Shown here piece after piece: positions 52,215 to 63,172 of a stretch of 64,000 nucleotides of DNA; within the stretch, counting starts at the first letter, position 1; every line of letters starts with the position of its first letter. Origin of the DNA: an uncultured Candidatus Rokubacteria bacterium. Its GTDB lineage: Bacteria; Methylomirabilota; Methylomirabilia; Rokubacteriales; DASRDR01. Position numbers and translations under genes: made by a program. Location of the stretch: positions 192,001-256,000 of the forward strand of contig CAWDVE010000019.1 of the NCBI GenBank assembly GCA_963805625.1. Direction: 5' to 3'. The notes under the pieces were generated by a model that was given only the letters and a program-made list of their open reading frames with translations, was not told the DNA's origin and searched no databases.

Positions 52215-52466
52215 ATGAGCGCCAGGATCGGCATTCACCGTTCGGGCATCTGGCTGATCATCCCGGTCCTGGTTGCCGCGATGGGATGCGCGGCACCGGC
52301 CCAGGCGCCTCCCGCGAAGGCGGTGGCAGCGGTTCCGGCTGCGCCGGCCGCGACACCGGCCCCCGCAGTCCCGGCGCCGGCTCCGCAGGCCGTTGGCCCG
52401 CCCGCCCACGATCTGGTGCTCGCGTTCGACCGGACCGGGAAGACACGGGTATTCGCGACCCGGTGA
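52215..52466 (+). CDS. Small Ala/Pro-rich putative lipoprotein (possibly truncated)
   Basis: SD GGAGG; hydrophobic stretch with AMGC lipobox-like motif; AP-rich linker. Confidence 0.45.
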   Translation: MSARIGIHRSGIWLIIPVLVAAMGCAAPAQAPPAKAVAAVPAAPAATPAPAVPAPAPQAVGPPAHDLVLAFDRTGKTRVFATR

Positions 52467-52537
52467 CACCTCCGGACCATCCCGGCGGGTCCCCCCCTGG
52501 CGGCTCGACTGGCTTGCCCCAGTTACCCCAATTACCA

Positions 52538-55024
52538 ATGAAGGGCAAGCTTACCGTCGTGCCGGCGGGCCCGAGGCCTGCGCCGGACCGGGCGCCGGGC
52601 GAGACGGCGATCGACCCCGTGTGCGGCATGACCGTGGATCCCCGGACGGCCGCGGGCTCGCATGACCACGGCGGCCGCACCTACTGGTTCTGCGCCACCA
52701 GCTGTCTCGAGCGATTCCGCGCCGACCCCGAGCGATACCTGGCCAGGGGCGCGCGCTCCGAGACTCACGCCTCCGCTCCGACCGCCGCCGCGCCCTCCGG
52801 TGACTTCACGTGCCCGATGGATCCCGAGGTCCGCCAGTCCAGGCCGGGAGCTTGCCCGAAATGCGGCATGGCGCTCGAGCCGGTCACGGTCGAGGCTCTG
52901 CCGACGCGCACCGAGTGGGTCTGCCCGATGCATCCGGAGATCGTGCGGCCCGGGCCGGGGGCGTGTCCGATCTGCGGCATGGCGCTCGAGCCGCGGGTCG
53001 TCACGCTCGAGGAAGAGGTGAGCCCGGAGCTTCGCGACATGACGCGCCGGTTCTGGGTCGGGCTGGCCCTGACCGTCCCGCTCCTGGCCATCGCCATGTC
53101 GGACCTCATCCCCGGGCAGCCGCTCCAGCACGCCGTCTCGCCGCGCCGCCTCGCCTGGCTCGAGTTCGTGCTGGCGACCCCCGTCGTGCTCTGGGGCGGC
53201 GCGCCCTTCTTCGCGCGCGCCTGGGCGTCCTTCGTGAACCGAAGTCCGAACATGTTCACGCTGATCGCCCTCGGCACGGGCACCGCATACGGCTACAGCG
53301 TGGCGGCCGTGCTCGCGCCGGGCCTCTTCCCGCCCGCCGTGCGGGGCCACGGAGGAGAGGTCGGCGTCTACTTCGAGGTGGCGGCGACCATCACGGTGCT
53401 GGTGCTGCTGGGACAGGTGCTGGAGCTTCGCGCCCGGAGCCGGACGAGCGGCGCGATCCGGGCTCTGCTGGGGCTTGCCCCGACGACGGCGCGGGTTCTT
53501 CGCGACGACGGGCGGGAGGAGGACACACCGCTCGCCGAGGTCGCGGTCGGCAATCGGCTTCGCGTGCGGCCCGGCGAACGGATCCCGGTCGACGGCGCCG
53601 TCCTCGAGGGGCGGAGTGCTGTCGACGAGTCGATGATCACCGGCGAGCCGCTGCCCGCCGAGAAGGCCCCCGGCGACCGGGTCACGGGGGGCACCGTCAA
53701 CGGAGCCGGCGCCTTCGTGATGCAGGCCGAGCGTGTCGGGCGTGACACGCTGCTCGCCCGGATCGTCCAGCTGGTCGGTGAGGCCCAGCGGAGCCGCGCC
53801 CCGATCCAGCGCCTGGCGGACCGCGTGTCCGCCTACTTCGTGCCGGCCGTGGTGGCCGCCGCGATACTGAGCGCCGTCGCCTGGGGAACGCTGGGGCCCG
53901 AGCCCCGCCTCGCCTACGCGCTCATCACGGCGGTGGCGGTGCTGATCATCGCGTGCCCGTGCGCGCTCGGGCTCGCGACGCCGATGTCGATCATGGTGGG
54001 CACGGGGCGCGGCGCGACGGCGGGCGTCCTCGTCAAGCACGCCGAGGCGCTCGAGATCCTCGAGAAAGTCGACACCGTCGTCGTCGACAAGACGGGCACG
54101 CTCACGGAGGGACGGCCCCGGCTTGCCACGCTCGTGGCCCTGCCGCCCCACGACGAGGCCGAGCTCCTGCGCCTGGCGGCGAGCCTCGAGCGGGGGAGCG
54201 AGCATCCGCTCGCGGGCGCCATTGTCGCGGGCGCGCGCGAGCGCGGGCTCGCGCTCGAGGAGGCCGTCGACTTCCGGGTCGTGCCGGGGCAGGGGGTGTC
54301 CGGCCGGGTCGGTGATCGCCGGGTCGCGCTCGGGAACGCGAAGCTTCTGGAGACGCTCGGCGTCCCGCCCGGCGACCTGAGCGAGCGAGCCGAGGCGTTG
54401 CGCCGGGAGGGGCAGACCGCGGTCCTCCTCGTCGTCGACGACCGCCCGGCGGGCCTCGTCGCGGTGGCCGATCCGATCAAGGCTTCGACCCTGGAGGCAC
54501 TGCGGTCGCTTCGCGAGGACGGGATCCGCGTCGTCATGGTCACGGGAGATAGCCGCACCACGGCGGAAGCGGTCGCCCGGACGCTCGGGATCGACCAGGT
54601 CGAGGCCGAGGTCTTGCCCGATCAGAAGGTCGCCATCGTCAAGCGGCTGCAGGCCGCGGGGCGCATCGTGGCGATGGCGGGCGATGGGATCAACGACGCT
54701 CCGGCGCTGGCCCAGGCCCACGTCGGGATCGCGATGGGGACCGGCACGGACGTCGCGATGGAGAGCGCGGACGTCACCCTGGTGAAGGGCGATCTCAGGG
54801 GCATCGCGCGGGCCCGGCGGCTCAGCCGCGCGACGATGCGAAACATCCGGCAGAACCTGTTCTTCGCGTTCGTCTACAACGTGCTGGGAGTGCCGCTCGC
54901 GGCCGGAATCCTTTACCCCGTGCTGGGCCTCCTGCTGAGCCCGATGGTCGCGAGCGCCGCGATGACCTTCAGCTCGGTCTCGGTCATCGGCAACGCGCTG
55001 CGCCTCCGCCGCATCAAGCTCTGA
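52538..55024 (+). CDS. copA: Cu(I)/Ag(I)-translocating P1B-type ATPase with YHS and two CPMxP metal-binding domains
   Basis: DPVCGM (YHS), CPMDPE/CPMHPE..CPxCGMALEP, [37 protein letters not shown]. Confidence 0.93.
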   Translation: MKGKLTVVPAGPRPAPDRAPGETAIDPVCGMTVDPRTAAGSHDHGGRTYWFCATSCLERFRADPERYLARGARSETHASAPTAAAPSGDFTCPMDPEVRQSRPGACPKCGMALEPVTVEALPTRTEWVCPMHPEIVRPGPGACPICGMALEPRVVTLEEEVSPELRDMTRRFWVGLALTVPLLAIAMSDLIPGQPLQHAVSPRRLAWLEFVLATPVVLWGGAPFFARAWASFVNRSPNMFTLIALGTGTAYGYSVAAVLAPGLFPPAVRGHGGEVGVYFEVAATITVLVLLGQVLELRARSRTSGAIRALLGLAPTTARVLRDDGREEDTPLAEVAVGNRLRVRPGERIPVDGAVLEGRSAVDESMITGEPLPAEKAPGDRVTGGTVNGAGAFVMQAERVGRDTLLARIVQLVGEAQRSRAPIQRLADRVSAYFVPAVVAAAILSAVAWGTLGPEPRLAYALITAVAVLIIACPCALGLATPMSIMVGTGRGATAGVLVKHAEALEILEKVDTVVVDKTGTLTEGRPRLATLVALPPHDEAELLRLAASLERGSEHPLAGAIVAGARERGLALEEAVDFRVVPGQGVSGRVGDRRVALGNAKLLETLGVPPGDLSERAEALRREGQTAVLLVVDDRPAGLVAVADPIKASTLEALRSLREDGIRVVMVTGDSRTTAEAVARTLGIDQVEAEVLPDQKVAIVKRLQAAGRIVAMAGDGINDAPALAQAHVGIAMGTGTDVAMESADVTLVKGDLRGIARARRLSRATMRNIRQNLFFAFVYNVLGVPLAAGILYPVLGLLLSPMVASAAMTFSSVSVIGNALRLRRIKL

Positions 55025-55135
55025 AGGAGCGCGGCGCGAGTCGAGCGCGCCGCCACCGCGCGCGGCTCGGGCGAGGCAAGCTCGCCTCCGGGCCACTCCG
55101 GTCGCGGCGCGCGGGCGGGACCGTGCCGCAGGGAG

Positions 55136-56125
55136 TCATCGGACCCCGTGCACGGGATCCGCCACGGGACAGCGCGGCGGCTTCCCGTGGAGCGCCCGCA
55201 GGACGTCCTCCGCGAGGAGCCGCTGGAGGTCGCGCATGGCTTCCTCCGAGTACCACGCGGAGTGAGGCGTCAGGACGACCCGGGGGTGCCCGATCAGGGG
55301 ATGGTCCTGCGGAGCCGGCTCGATGGCGACGACGTCGAGCCCCGCGCCGGCGAGGTGGCGCCGCCCCAGGGCGTCGAGGAGCGCCGGCTCGTCCACGAGG
55401 CCGCCCCGGGCGACGTTGATCAGGTACGCTCCGGGCTTCATGCGCGCGAGCTCGTCGCGCCCGATCATGCCCTCCGTGGCCGGCACCAGGGGCGCGTGCA
55501 GCGACACGAAGTCGGACTCCGCGAGAAGATCGGGGAGCGGACGCCAGTCGATCCCGGCGGCAGCCGCCTCGGCCGGGCTGAAGACGGGGTCGGTGCCGAG
55601 GACCCGAAGCTCGAGGGCGCGCGCCTTCGCGGCCAGCCGTCGGCCGATCCGGCCGAGGCCCACGACGCCGAGTGTCCGCCCCCGCAGCCGGTGGAGCGGC
55701 CGCGCGGCGGCACCGTAGTCCCACGCCCCGGTCCGGAGCGCCGCGCCAAGGGGAGCCAGGCCGCGCGCGCATGCGAGGAGGAGACAGAGCGCGTGGTCGG
55801 CGACCTCTTCGGTACCGTAGTCCGGCACGTGAACCACGACCATGCCCTGCCGTCGCGCCGCGCCGACGTCGGCGTTGTCGACGCCGGCGCCGTAGAGCCC
55901 GAGTACCCGGCAGCGGGAGAGCCGTCCGATGAAGACGGCGTCGATCGGCGTGTCCTGGACGAGGAGGGCGTCGCACGCCGCGGCCTCCCGGAGACGCGCC
56001 TCGGGCGCGAGCTCGGCGCCGTCGATCACCTCGATCCCGTGGGGCTCCAGCACCGCGCGTTCGGGCGTGAGGTCCGGGAACACGTGGGTGAGCACGAGGG
56101 CGCGGGGTCGGGCGCCGCCCGTCAT
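55136..56125 (-). CDS. D-2-hydroxyacid dehydrogenase (CtBP-like)
   Basis: VPDYGTEEVADH, GVVGLGRIG, INVARG, LDV..EP, LTPHSAWYS. Confidence 0.9.
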   Translation of the reverse strand: MTGGARPRALVLTHVFPDLTPERAVLEPHGIEVIDGAELAPEARLREAAACDALLVQDTPIDAVFIGRLSRCRVLGLYGAGVDNADVGAARRQGMVVVHVPDYGTEEVADHALCLLLACARGLAPLGAALRTGAWDYGAAARPLHRLRGRTLGVVGLGRIGRRLAAKARALELRVLGTDPVFSPAEAAAAGIDWRPLPDLLAESDFVSLHAPLVPATEGMIGRDELARMKPGAYLINVARGGLVDEPALLDALGRRHLAGAGLDVVAIEPAPQDHPLIGHPRVVLTPHSAWYSEEAMRDLQRLLAEDVLRALHGKPPRCPVADPVHGVR

Positions 56126-57300
56126 GCGCGCAGGAGCTCCGCGAGGCGCTCACGATCGAGCGTCACGCCGAGTCCGGGCCGGTCGGTCGGTCGCACGGTA
56201 TCACCGCGGACATCCGGCTCCCCGACGAAGAGGGGCCGGCGCGGCGGCAGGGGATCGGCCCAGCATGGCTCGGGGAAGTGCTCGAGCATCGGACAGTTGG
56301 GCGTGGCCATCGAGAAGTGGACGTGCGGGAGCGAGTACGTGTGGTTGATGACGGGGAGCCCCCGCGCCGAGGCCATCGCGGCAATCCGGCGCCCCTCGGT
56401 GAATCCGCCACACCGGTGGAGGTCGGGCTGCGCGATGTCGAGCGCTCCGGCCTCGAAGAGGCGCTCGAACCCCCAGCGGCTGAACTCGTGCTCGCCACCG
56501 GAGATCGGGATCGCCGTCGCGCGGCGGATGCGCGCGTACCCCTCGACGTCGTCGGGGATGACCGGCTCCTCGATCCAGGCTGGCTCGTAGCGCTCGAGCA
56601 TCCGGCACATAGTCTTCGCGTAAGTCGCGTCCCATCCCATGTAGGCGTCGCACGCCACGTCGACCCCGGGGCCAGCCGCTTCACGCATGACGCGCACGTG
56701 GTCCGCGTTTGCCCGCATCCCAGCGAGCCCATCCGCCGGTCCGGCCGGGAAGCGCCCCTTGACTGTCCTGTACCCGGCCGCGACGTACCCGCGCACCTCG
56801 GCCGCGACCCGGTCGGGCCCCACCGGGTGGAGGGCCGAGGCGTAGAGCCGCACGCTCTCGCGTGCTGCCCCGCCGAGGAGCACGTATACGGGCTTGCCGG
56901 TCGCGCGGCCCATCAAATCCCAGAGTGCGATGTCGAGCGCGGAGATCGCCTCGAGCGCTGCGCCTGCCCGGCCGTACGGGATCGAGGCGCGATACATGAC
57001 GTCCCACAACCGCTCCACGTCGAAGGGCGATTCGCCGACGACGAACCGTCGGAGGTGCTGCTCGATCATGAGACGCGCGGCCCCGGTGCCGTCCTCGGTC
57101 CAGCCGAGACCCTGGCGGCCCCCGTCGTCCGTGAGGACGACCAGCGTCATGCCCGGCTCCCAGTACCAAGTCGAGTACGGGTGGCGGTACGCCGGGTACG
57201 CCGAGAGGGGCGACACGAGCGGAAGGTCTTTCTCCCGCTCCCAGAGCTCGGCCCAGAGGCTTCGCCCGAGGTGGAAAGTCTCGATCGCTCCGACTCTCAC
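56122..57300 (-). CDS. Mandelate racemase-subgroup sugar-acid dehydratase (L-rhamnonate dehydratase-like)
   Basis: ISALDIALWDL, GPADG..G, DAYMGW, WIEEP, SGGEHE, QPD..RCGG. Confidence 0.85.
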   Translation of the reverse strand: MRVGAIETFHLGRSLWAELWEREKDLPLVSPLSAYPAYRHPYSTWYWEPGMTLVVLTDDGGRQGLGWTEDGTGAARLMIEQHLRRFVVGESPFDVERLWDVMYRASIPYGRAGAALEAISALDIALWDLMGRATGKPVYVLLGGAARESVRLYASALHPVGPDRVAAEVRGYVAAGYRTVKGRFPAGPADGLAGMRANADHVRVMREAAGPGVDVACDAYMGWDATYAKTMCRMLERYEPAWIEEPVIPDDVEGYARIRRATAIPISGGEHEFSRWGFERLFEAGALDIAQPDLHRCGGFTEGRRIAAMASARGLPVINHTYSLPHVHFSMATPNCPMLEHFPEPCWADPLPPRRPLFVGEPDVRGDTVRPTDRPGLGVTLDRERLAELLRA

Positions 57301-58217
57301 GCGGGGCTCCCGAGTCGGGCCACTGCATCGAGCACGCGGTCCATCAGGAACGCCGCGTAGGCTGTGGTGTCCGCGTCGAGCCGCATCCGGGGGTGCCGCG
57401 GGTACGAGGCGCGGAGGAGCCCTCGGCGGATCAGCAGGTCCTTTTCCAGGTAGTTGTACGACTCCATGCTCTGGAGGGAGTACGCGATCCACGGGTGGAT
57501 GCGGGCGAAGTGCTCGTACGCTTCGGCGGCGCGTCCGGCCCGCCCGAGATCCCACACGCGCTGCAGCACGTCCACGAGGGCGAGGCCGGGCATCACGCCG
57601 ACGATTCCGGCCGGGAGGAGCTCCAGCATGTACTCGCCGCCCCAGCCCTCGAAGACTCCGACGGCGTCCCCGCAGCGGGTCCGGATCGCGCGCACCTTGG
57701 GCCCCATGCGCGGCTCCTCGAGCTTGACGTAGCGGAAGTTCGGGCAGGCGTCGCGGAGGCGCGCGCAGAACTCGGCGCCGACGGCGGGGCCGCTGGGGTT
57801 CCAGTCCTGGACGAGGAGCGGCACGCCCACCGCCTGCCCCACCGCCCGGGCGAACTCGAGGAGGTCGTCCTCGCCGTAGGAGAAGCTCCGGGGGAGCGCC
57901 ACCGAGACGACGGACGCCCCGGCCTTCTCGTTGGCCCGGGCCAGCTCGGCGGCACGGCGCGCCGAGCCGTGGTTCGACTGGCCCATGACCGGGACGCGGC
58001 CGCCCACGGTCTCCACGGCCACGCGCACCGCCTGAAGCCGCTCCTCGTCGGAGAGCTTGTAGAACTCGCTCCCGTAGGCGGGCAGGCACAGGGCGCCGAC
58101 CCGTTGCCGGGCGGCGAAGTCGCAGAGGGCGGCGAGCCCGTCGTGGTCGATGGACTCGTCTTCCCGGAAGGGCAGAGGGATGATCGGCACCACACCACGG
58201 ATGGCAGTTGCACTCAT
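57297..58217 (-). CDS. DHDPS/NAL-family aldolase or dehydratase (AraD-like)
   Basis: GVVPIIPLPF, AYGSEFYKLSDEER, VQD, YVKLE (Schiff-base Lys). Confidence 0.85.
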   Translation of the reverse strand: MSATAIRGVVPIIPLPFREDESIDHDGLAALCDFAARQRVGALCLPAYGSEFYKLSDEERLQAVRVAVETVGGRVPVMGQSNHGSARRAAELARANEKAGASVVSVALPRSFSYGEDDLLEFARAVGQAVGVPLLVQDWNPSGPAVGAEFCARLRDACPNFRYVKLEEPRMGPKVRAIRTRCGDAVGVFEGWGGEYMLELLPAGIVGVMPGLALVDVLQRVWDLGRAGRAAEAYEHFARIHPWIAYSLQSMESYNYLEKDLLIRRGLLRASYPRHPRMRLDADTTAYAAFLMDRVLDAVARLGSPA

Positions 58218-58258
58218 GGACAGTCCTCGCTCGGGTGAATCGGGGAAACGCGGGGCGG

Positions 58259-58289
58259 CCGGGCAGGGGGCACCACGCCCCCTGCCCGG
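58259..58289 (-). terminator. 12-bp GC-rich hairpin inside the operon (no clear poly-U)
   Basis: CCGGGCAGGGGG-CACCACG-CCCCCTGCCCGG, just after the stop of 58301-58621. Confidence 0.5.
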
Positions 58290-58300
58290 GACGCGCCCGG

Positions 58301-58621
58301 CTACTGCGTCTGGGCGGCCAGGAAGAGGGCGTCCTGCGTCAGCGTCTTTGCTAGCTCAACCTGGGTCACGCACTCCTCCTCCTGGGCGGCGGCCTTGGCG
58401 GTCGCGATGTGGGCCTTTGCCTGGGCCACCCACGCCTGGAGGTCGTTCTTGTCCTGGGCGTCGGACACGCGATTCATCGCGCTCTCCACTTCCTTGAGGG
58501 TGTCCTCGGCCTCTTCGATCCGGGCGCCGCAGTACTTGGTCGGCTCGGCGCCGGCGGGCGTCATGTTGCCCACCACGAGAGCCAGCACCGCGGCCAGCGT
58601 CACCATCCAGACTCCTCGCAT
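58301..58621 (-). CDS. Small secreted helical protein with two Cys
   Basis: SD GGAGG; signal peptide ending AGA; amphipathic helices; coding-like codon use. Confidence 0.7.
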   Translation of the reverse strand: MRGVWMVTLAAVLALVVGNMTPAGAEPTKYCGARIEEAEDTLKEVESAMNRVSDAQDKNDLQAWVAQAKAHIATAKAAAQEEECVTQVELAKTLTQDALFLAAQTQ

Positions 58622-58667
58622 CGTCAGCCTCCCCGCCGCGGCACGCCGCGGCGATGCGTGTCGGTTC

Positions 58668-59978
58668 CTAGCCACGGCGCTTGGCGCGGGCGGTCGCCTT
58701 GGCGACCACGTCGGCGGCCCGGTTGAGCGCGTCCTTCACCGGGACCTTGCCCTGGATGGCGCCGTGGAAGTGCTCGGAGAAGGCCCGCATCACGACGAAG
58801 TCCACGCCGTACGGCGAGAGCGAGTGGACCTCGTCGGAGGGGTACTTCGTGAGCTGCTCCTGGTTGAGCGCGAAGATCGGCCACTTCTTGAGCTCTGGGT
58901 CGGCGAGCACATCGTGGCGCACCGGGGTCAGCCCGAGCTCCTTCACGCAGTACATCTGGGCCTCCTGCGAGAGGTATTCCTCGATGAACTTCCAGGCCCA
59001 TTCTTTGTTGCGCGCTCCGGGCCGAGATGCCCCAACCCTCGGAGACCGGCGCCGCGCAGCTGTACTTCTTCTCCGGGTCGTCGGCGTCGCGCGGGATTCA
59101 GCGCCATGCCGTACTTGCCCGAGATCACCGAGAGCTTGGGGTCCTCGAAAGTGAGGTTTGCCCACGACCAGTTGAACGACATCGCGGCCTTGCCCGCGGC
59201 CATGACCTTGTTGTTGGCGCCGCCGCTGAAGGTGCGTAGCGTCTCGGGGAAGACGACGCCGGCCGCCCACATGTCACGGAACCACTGCAGGGCCCGTACC
59301 CCCGCGTCGCCCTGGAACGCCGGATTCCCGTCCTTGTCCCACATCCGGCCGCCGGCCGCGAAGAGCCGGCGCCGGAAGTTGTACCAGAAGTTGTCGTCGT
59401 CCCAGTCGCCGGTGAAGCCGTAGAACTGGGGCGACTTGTTCACCTTCTTCGCCCACTCCAGGATCTCCTGGTAGGTCCGCGGCGCCTGGGGGATGACGTC
59501 CTTCCGGTAAAAGAGCTGCATGTCGAGGTTGTGGAAGGGCAGGCCGTAGATCTTTCCCTTGTACGTGGCCGCCGGCACCCACGGGCCACTGATCTGGTCG
59601 AGCTTCAGCAACCGTGCTCTTGGCCAGATAGGCGTCGAGGGGCTCGATGTAGCCCTTGGGCGCGAAGACGCCGGTGAAGGGATCCGACCACTGCACCACG
59701 TCGTAGAGCGACGTCGCCGAGCCGCTGATCATGTCGGCGACCTGCTTCTCGTAGTTCGCGGTGAACTCCGTGGTCGTGTAGGCGACCTCGATGCCGTACT
59801 TCGCCTGGAAGCGCTTGGCCACCCAGGACGAGATCGGCTCGAAGTCCTCCTGGCAGACACTGAGCTTGGCGGGCTTCGACTGGGCCGGGGTCTCGCGTGG
59901 GTCGGCGAGACCGCGGACCGCGAGGGCGCCCGCGCTGGCAGCGGTGAGGAACGAACGCCGGGTCATTCCGAGACTCAT
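58668..59978 (-). CDS. Carbohydrate ABC substrate-binding protein (Tat), frameshifted at ~59610 and ~59030-59100
   Basis: TRRSFL, YDVVQW, YKGKIYGLPF, FYRKD, NKEWAWKFI across three frames. Confidence 0.85.
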
Positions 59979-59997
59979 GCAACACCTCCTGTGTGAG

Positions 59998-60888
59998 TTA
60001 GCCGGTCACGGCGCCGGCGGTGAGCCCCTTGACAAGATACCGCTGGAAAATCAGCGCGAGTGCGAGCGGGACCAGGAGCGTGATCACCGCCTGCGCGGAC
60101 ATGAAACCCCAGCGGGCCTGGATCTCCCCGACGCCGAGGGAGACGACGACGGATACGGGTTTGATGCGCGTCCCCGTGAGCACGAGCGCGAACATGAGCT
60201 CCCCCCACGCCGAGAGGAAGGCCCACACGACCGAGGCGACGAGTCCCTGCACGGACAGCGGCAGGACGATCCGCCAGAGCGCCCCCCACGCGGAGCACCC
60301 GTCCACCTGGGCCGACTCCTCCAGTTCGCGGGGGATGCCCTGGATGAAGCCGAGCATCATCCACGCCACGAACGGCGTGAAGAAGCCGACCAGCGGCAGC
60401 ACGTAGCCCGGGTAGGTATCGACCAGGTCGAGGCGCCGGATGATCAGGAAGAGGGGGATCAACACGGCGAGGCCCGGGATCATCTGAATGATGATGTAGG
60501 CGCGGATCAGAGTGATCCGACCGGGGAAGCGCAGACGCGCGAAGGCGTAGGCGGCCAGCGAGCCGAACAGCACGGTCCCCGCCGCCACCAGGCTGGCCAC
60601 CGCGCTGGTCGCGCGGAGTGCGTCGAGCAGGAAGTACCCGTACTCGGCCGTCACGCCGAACTCGATCTGGCCCGTCGACCATGGCATCAGGAGGGCCTGG
60701 TAGTAGCCGAGCTGGATCCGCCCCGGGACGATCAGGTCCGCCGACAGGCGGATGAAGTCGGTCTCGACGAGGATCGACGAAGCCACCATCCATGCCACCG
60801 GCAGGAGCGTGTACCCGAGGAAGAGCCCGACCAGCGCGTACAGGCCCAACCGGCCGAGGAGCCAGCGGAGCCGGCGGCGCGCCGTCAC
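59998..60888 (-). CDS. Carbohydrate ABC permease (MalG-like)
   Basis: AYAFARLRFPG, IPRELEESAQVDG, QRYLVKGLTAGAV. Confidence 0.9.
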   Translation of the reverse strand: MTARRRLRWLLGRLGLYALVGLFLGYTLLPVAWMVASSILVETDFIRLSADLIVPGRIQLGYYQALLMPWSTGQIEFGVTAEYGYFLLDALRATSAVASLVAAGTVLFGSLAAYAFARLRFPGRITLIRAYIIIQMIPGLAVLIPLFLIIRRLDLVDTYPGYVLPLVGFFTPFVAWMMLGFIQGIPRELEESAQVDGCSAWGALWRIVLPLSVQGLVASVVWAFLSAWGELMFALVLTGTRIKPVSVVVSLGVGEIQARWGFMSAQAVITLLVPLALALIFQRYLVKGLTAGAVTG

Positions 60889-61838
60889 CGCTCGCCCTCC
60901 ACCTCGAGCCGGAGGGGGAAGAGGCGGAAGTAGACAGCGGTCAGCGCGAGGATGACGAGGAAGAGCGCGTACGCCAGGGTCGCCCCGTAGCCGAAGTTCA
61001 GGCCCTTGAAGGTCTGCACGAAGACGTTGAAGTACCAGACCATCGTGTCGGAATAGCCGTTCGTCAGGACGTAGATGAGGTCGAACACTTTGAAGGACGA
61101 GATCGTCGTGAGCACGATGAGGGCAAGGCCGATCGTCCGGATCGAAGGGAGAGTCACGTACCAGAAGCAGCGCCAGGGACCGGCCCCGTCGACCCGGGCC
61201 GCGTGGTAGAGCTCCTGCGGGATTGTCTGGAGCGCGGCGAGGAGGAACAGCGCGACCAGAGGGACACTCGTCCACACCTGGCAGAACGCCACCGTGTTGA
61301 TGGCGAGCGTCGGGTCGGTCAGCCACGGGATGCCGTGGTGAATCAGCCCGAGCTTGCGCAGGATGGTGTTGACGATTCCGATGCCCGAGTTGAAGGCGAG
61401 GCCCCACATTCGCCCGGAGACGACGGCGGGGATCGCCCACGGCACGAGGAGGACGAGCCGGCAGAAGGCCCGGCCGTGGAACTCCTGGTTGAGAAGGAGG
61501 GCGATGCCGAGGCCGAGGACCAGGGAGGCGATCACCACCACGCCGGTGAAGTAGACGGTGGCGCGCAGGATCGGGCCGAGCGTGGCATCCTCGCCCATGT
61601 GACGCCAGTTCTCGAGGCCGACGTACTCCGCGTCGATCCCCCGGACATCGACCTGGACGTCCTGGGCGGTCAGCCACATCGAGTAGGCGATGGGGTACAG
61701 CTCGAGCGCGATCAGGAGCGCGAGGCTCGGCAGGACGAGCCCGTAGGCGAGCCGGATGGTGGCCGCCCGTTGTGTCGCACGCCGCCGGGCGCCGCCGCGC
61801 GTGACGGTCCCGGCGACGATCGCGTCATCCTCCCGCAT
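60885..61838 (-). CDS. Carbohydrate ABC permease (MalF-like)
   Basis: YVGLENW, PWAIPAVV, IPQELYHAARVDGA, FKVFDLIYVLT. Confidence 0.9.
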   Translation of the reverse strand: MREDDAIVAGTVTRGGARRRATQRAATIRLAYGLVLPSLALLIALELYPIAYSMWLTAQDVQVDVRGIDAEYVGLENWRHMGEDATLGPILRATVYFTGVVVIASLVLGLGIALLLNQEFHGRAFCRLVLLVPWAIPAVVSGRMWGLAFNSGIGIVNTILRKLGLIHHGIPWLTDPTLAINTVAFCQVWTSVPLVALFLLAALQTIPQELYHAARVDGAGPWRCFWYVTLPSIRTIGLALIVLTTISSFKVFDLIYVLTNGYSDTMVWYFNVFVQTFKGLNFGYGATLAYALFLVILALTAVYFRLFPLRLEVEGER

Positions 61839-61840
61839 GC

Positions 61841-62962
61841 TCAGGCCACCCGGTAGCGTTCCAGCACCTGCTCGTCGAGCGTGATGCCGAGCCCGGGTCC
61901 CTGGGGCACGGCGACCATGCCGTCGGAGTCGATCCAGAAACGGGGATGCACGAGATCCTGGGCGAGCGGCGAGTCCCACACGCAGAACTCGAGGAACGGC
62001 GCCTCGGGCAGGGCGGCCAGGAGGTGCAGCGTGGCAGCCTTCAGGATCCCGGTCTTGAAGGCGTGCGGCACGCAGGGCACTCCGCGAAGCCGGGCGAGCT
62101 CCGCGATGCGGCGCGTCTCGGTCAGGCCGCCCGCGTGCGCGATGTCCGGCTGGATGACGTCCACCCGCCCCTCGTCGAGGAGCTGCTCGAACTCCCAGCG
62201 CGTCACCGACTGCTCGCCGCACGCGATCCGCGTGTCGACCGCGTCAGCGAGGCGGCGGTACCCGCGGAGGTCGTCCGGCAAGAGCGGCTCCTCGATCCAG
62301 TAAGGCTCGAATCGCTCCATCCGCTGCACCTGCCGGATTGCCGTCGCCGCGTCCCAGACGAGGCCGATGTCGAACATGAGCGTGACCCGGTCCCCCACCG
62401 CGCGCCGGGCCGCCTCCACGAGAGCGACGTCGGTATCGAGCGACCGCCCGAAGCCGCCCCAGCCCAGCTTGACCGCGGTGAACCCTCCGGAGGCCCATCG
62501 CTCCGTCTCGCGCCCGGCCTCTGCCGGCGTCTCCGGCATGAGGGTGGACGCGTAGGCGCGCACCCGGTCGCGGTGGGCGCCGCCGAGGAGGCGGTGCACG
62601 GACTGGCCGAGCGCCTTCCCGCAGAGATCCCAGAGGGCGATGTCGATGCCGCTGAGTGCGTGGATGCCGACCCCGCGCCGACCGAAGTAGAGCGATCCAC
62701 GGTAGAGCTTCTCCCAGAGCCGGCCAACGTCGCGAGGGTCTTCCCCGAGTAGAAGGTGACGGAGCCCGGCGCAGGTGAGATGCGACTTCGGAGCTTCGAT
62801 CGCTGCCTTCACCACCTCCGGCGCGGAGTCCACCTCGCCGATCCCCACCAGGCCCGCATCCGTGTGAATGCGGACGATCAGCGTGTCCTGGGTGCCGTCG
62901 GAGATGTCCTGGACCGGGTCGTGCCTGCGGAGGACGATCGCCTCCACGTCGGTGATCTTCAC
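61841..62962 (-). CDS. Mandelate racemase/DgoD-like enolase-superfamily dehydratase
   Basis: SGIDIALWDL, AVKLG, MFD, WIEEP, ACGEQ, QPDIAHAGG, VPH. Confidence 0.88.
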   Translation of the reverse strand: MKITDVEAIVLRRHDPVQDISDGTQDTLIVRIHTDAGLVGIGEVDSAPEVVKAAIEAPKSHLTCAGLRHLLLGEDPRDVGRLWEKLYRGSLYFGRRGVGIHALSGIDIALWDLCGKALGQSVHRLLGGAHRDRVRAYASTLMPETPAEAGRETERWASGGFTAVKLGWGGFGRSLDTDVALVEAARRAVGDRVTLMFDIGLVWDAATAIRQVQRMERFEPYWIEEPLLPDDLRGYRRLADAVDTRIACGEQSVTRWEFEQLLDEGRVDVIQPDIAHAGGLTETRRIAELARLRGVPCVPHAFKTGILKAATLHLLAALPEAPFLEFCVWDSPLAQDLVHPRFWIDSDGMVAVPQGPGLGITLDEQVLERYRVA

Positions 62963-63028
62963 GACGGTCCTCCCGCGCGCCTCGGTTTCACGATGTGGAC
63001 CGACACTCCGGAGGGTGAAGTCGGCGGC

Positions 63029-63057
63029 ACGCTAGCACGCACCTCAGATGCCGTCAA
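63029..63057 (-). promoter_or_regulatory. Putative sigma70 promoter of the sugar-acid operon
   Basis: TTGACG-N17-TAGCGT. Confidence 0.5.
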
Positions 63058-63172
63058 CGGGAACGCCGCGCGAGGCCGCGTCGTCGGTTCGACCGTGCGT
63101 GAGTGACCGTCTCGTCGTCGCGGCTGGATCGTCGACGGGCAGCGATCGGTCGGTACCTGGGAACGCCGGCGG

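Noticed and set aside
56122-58089. 655-aa extended dehydratase ORF
   Set aside because: The N-terminal extension is an alternative frame of the DHDPS-family gene; the real start is the GTG at 57300.
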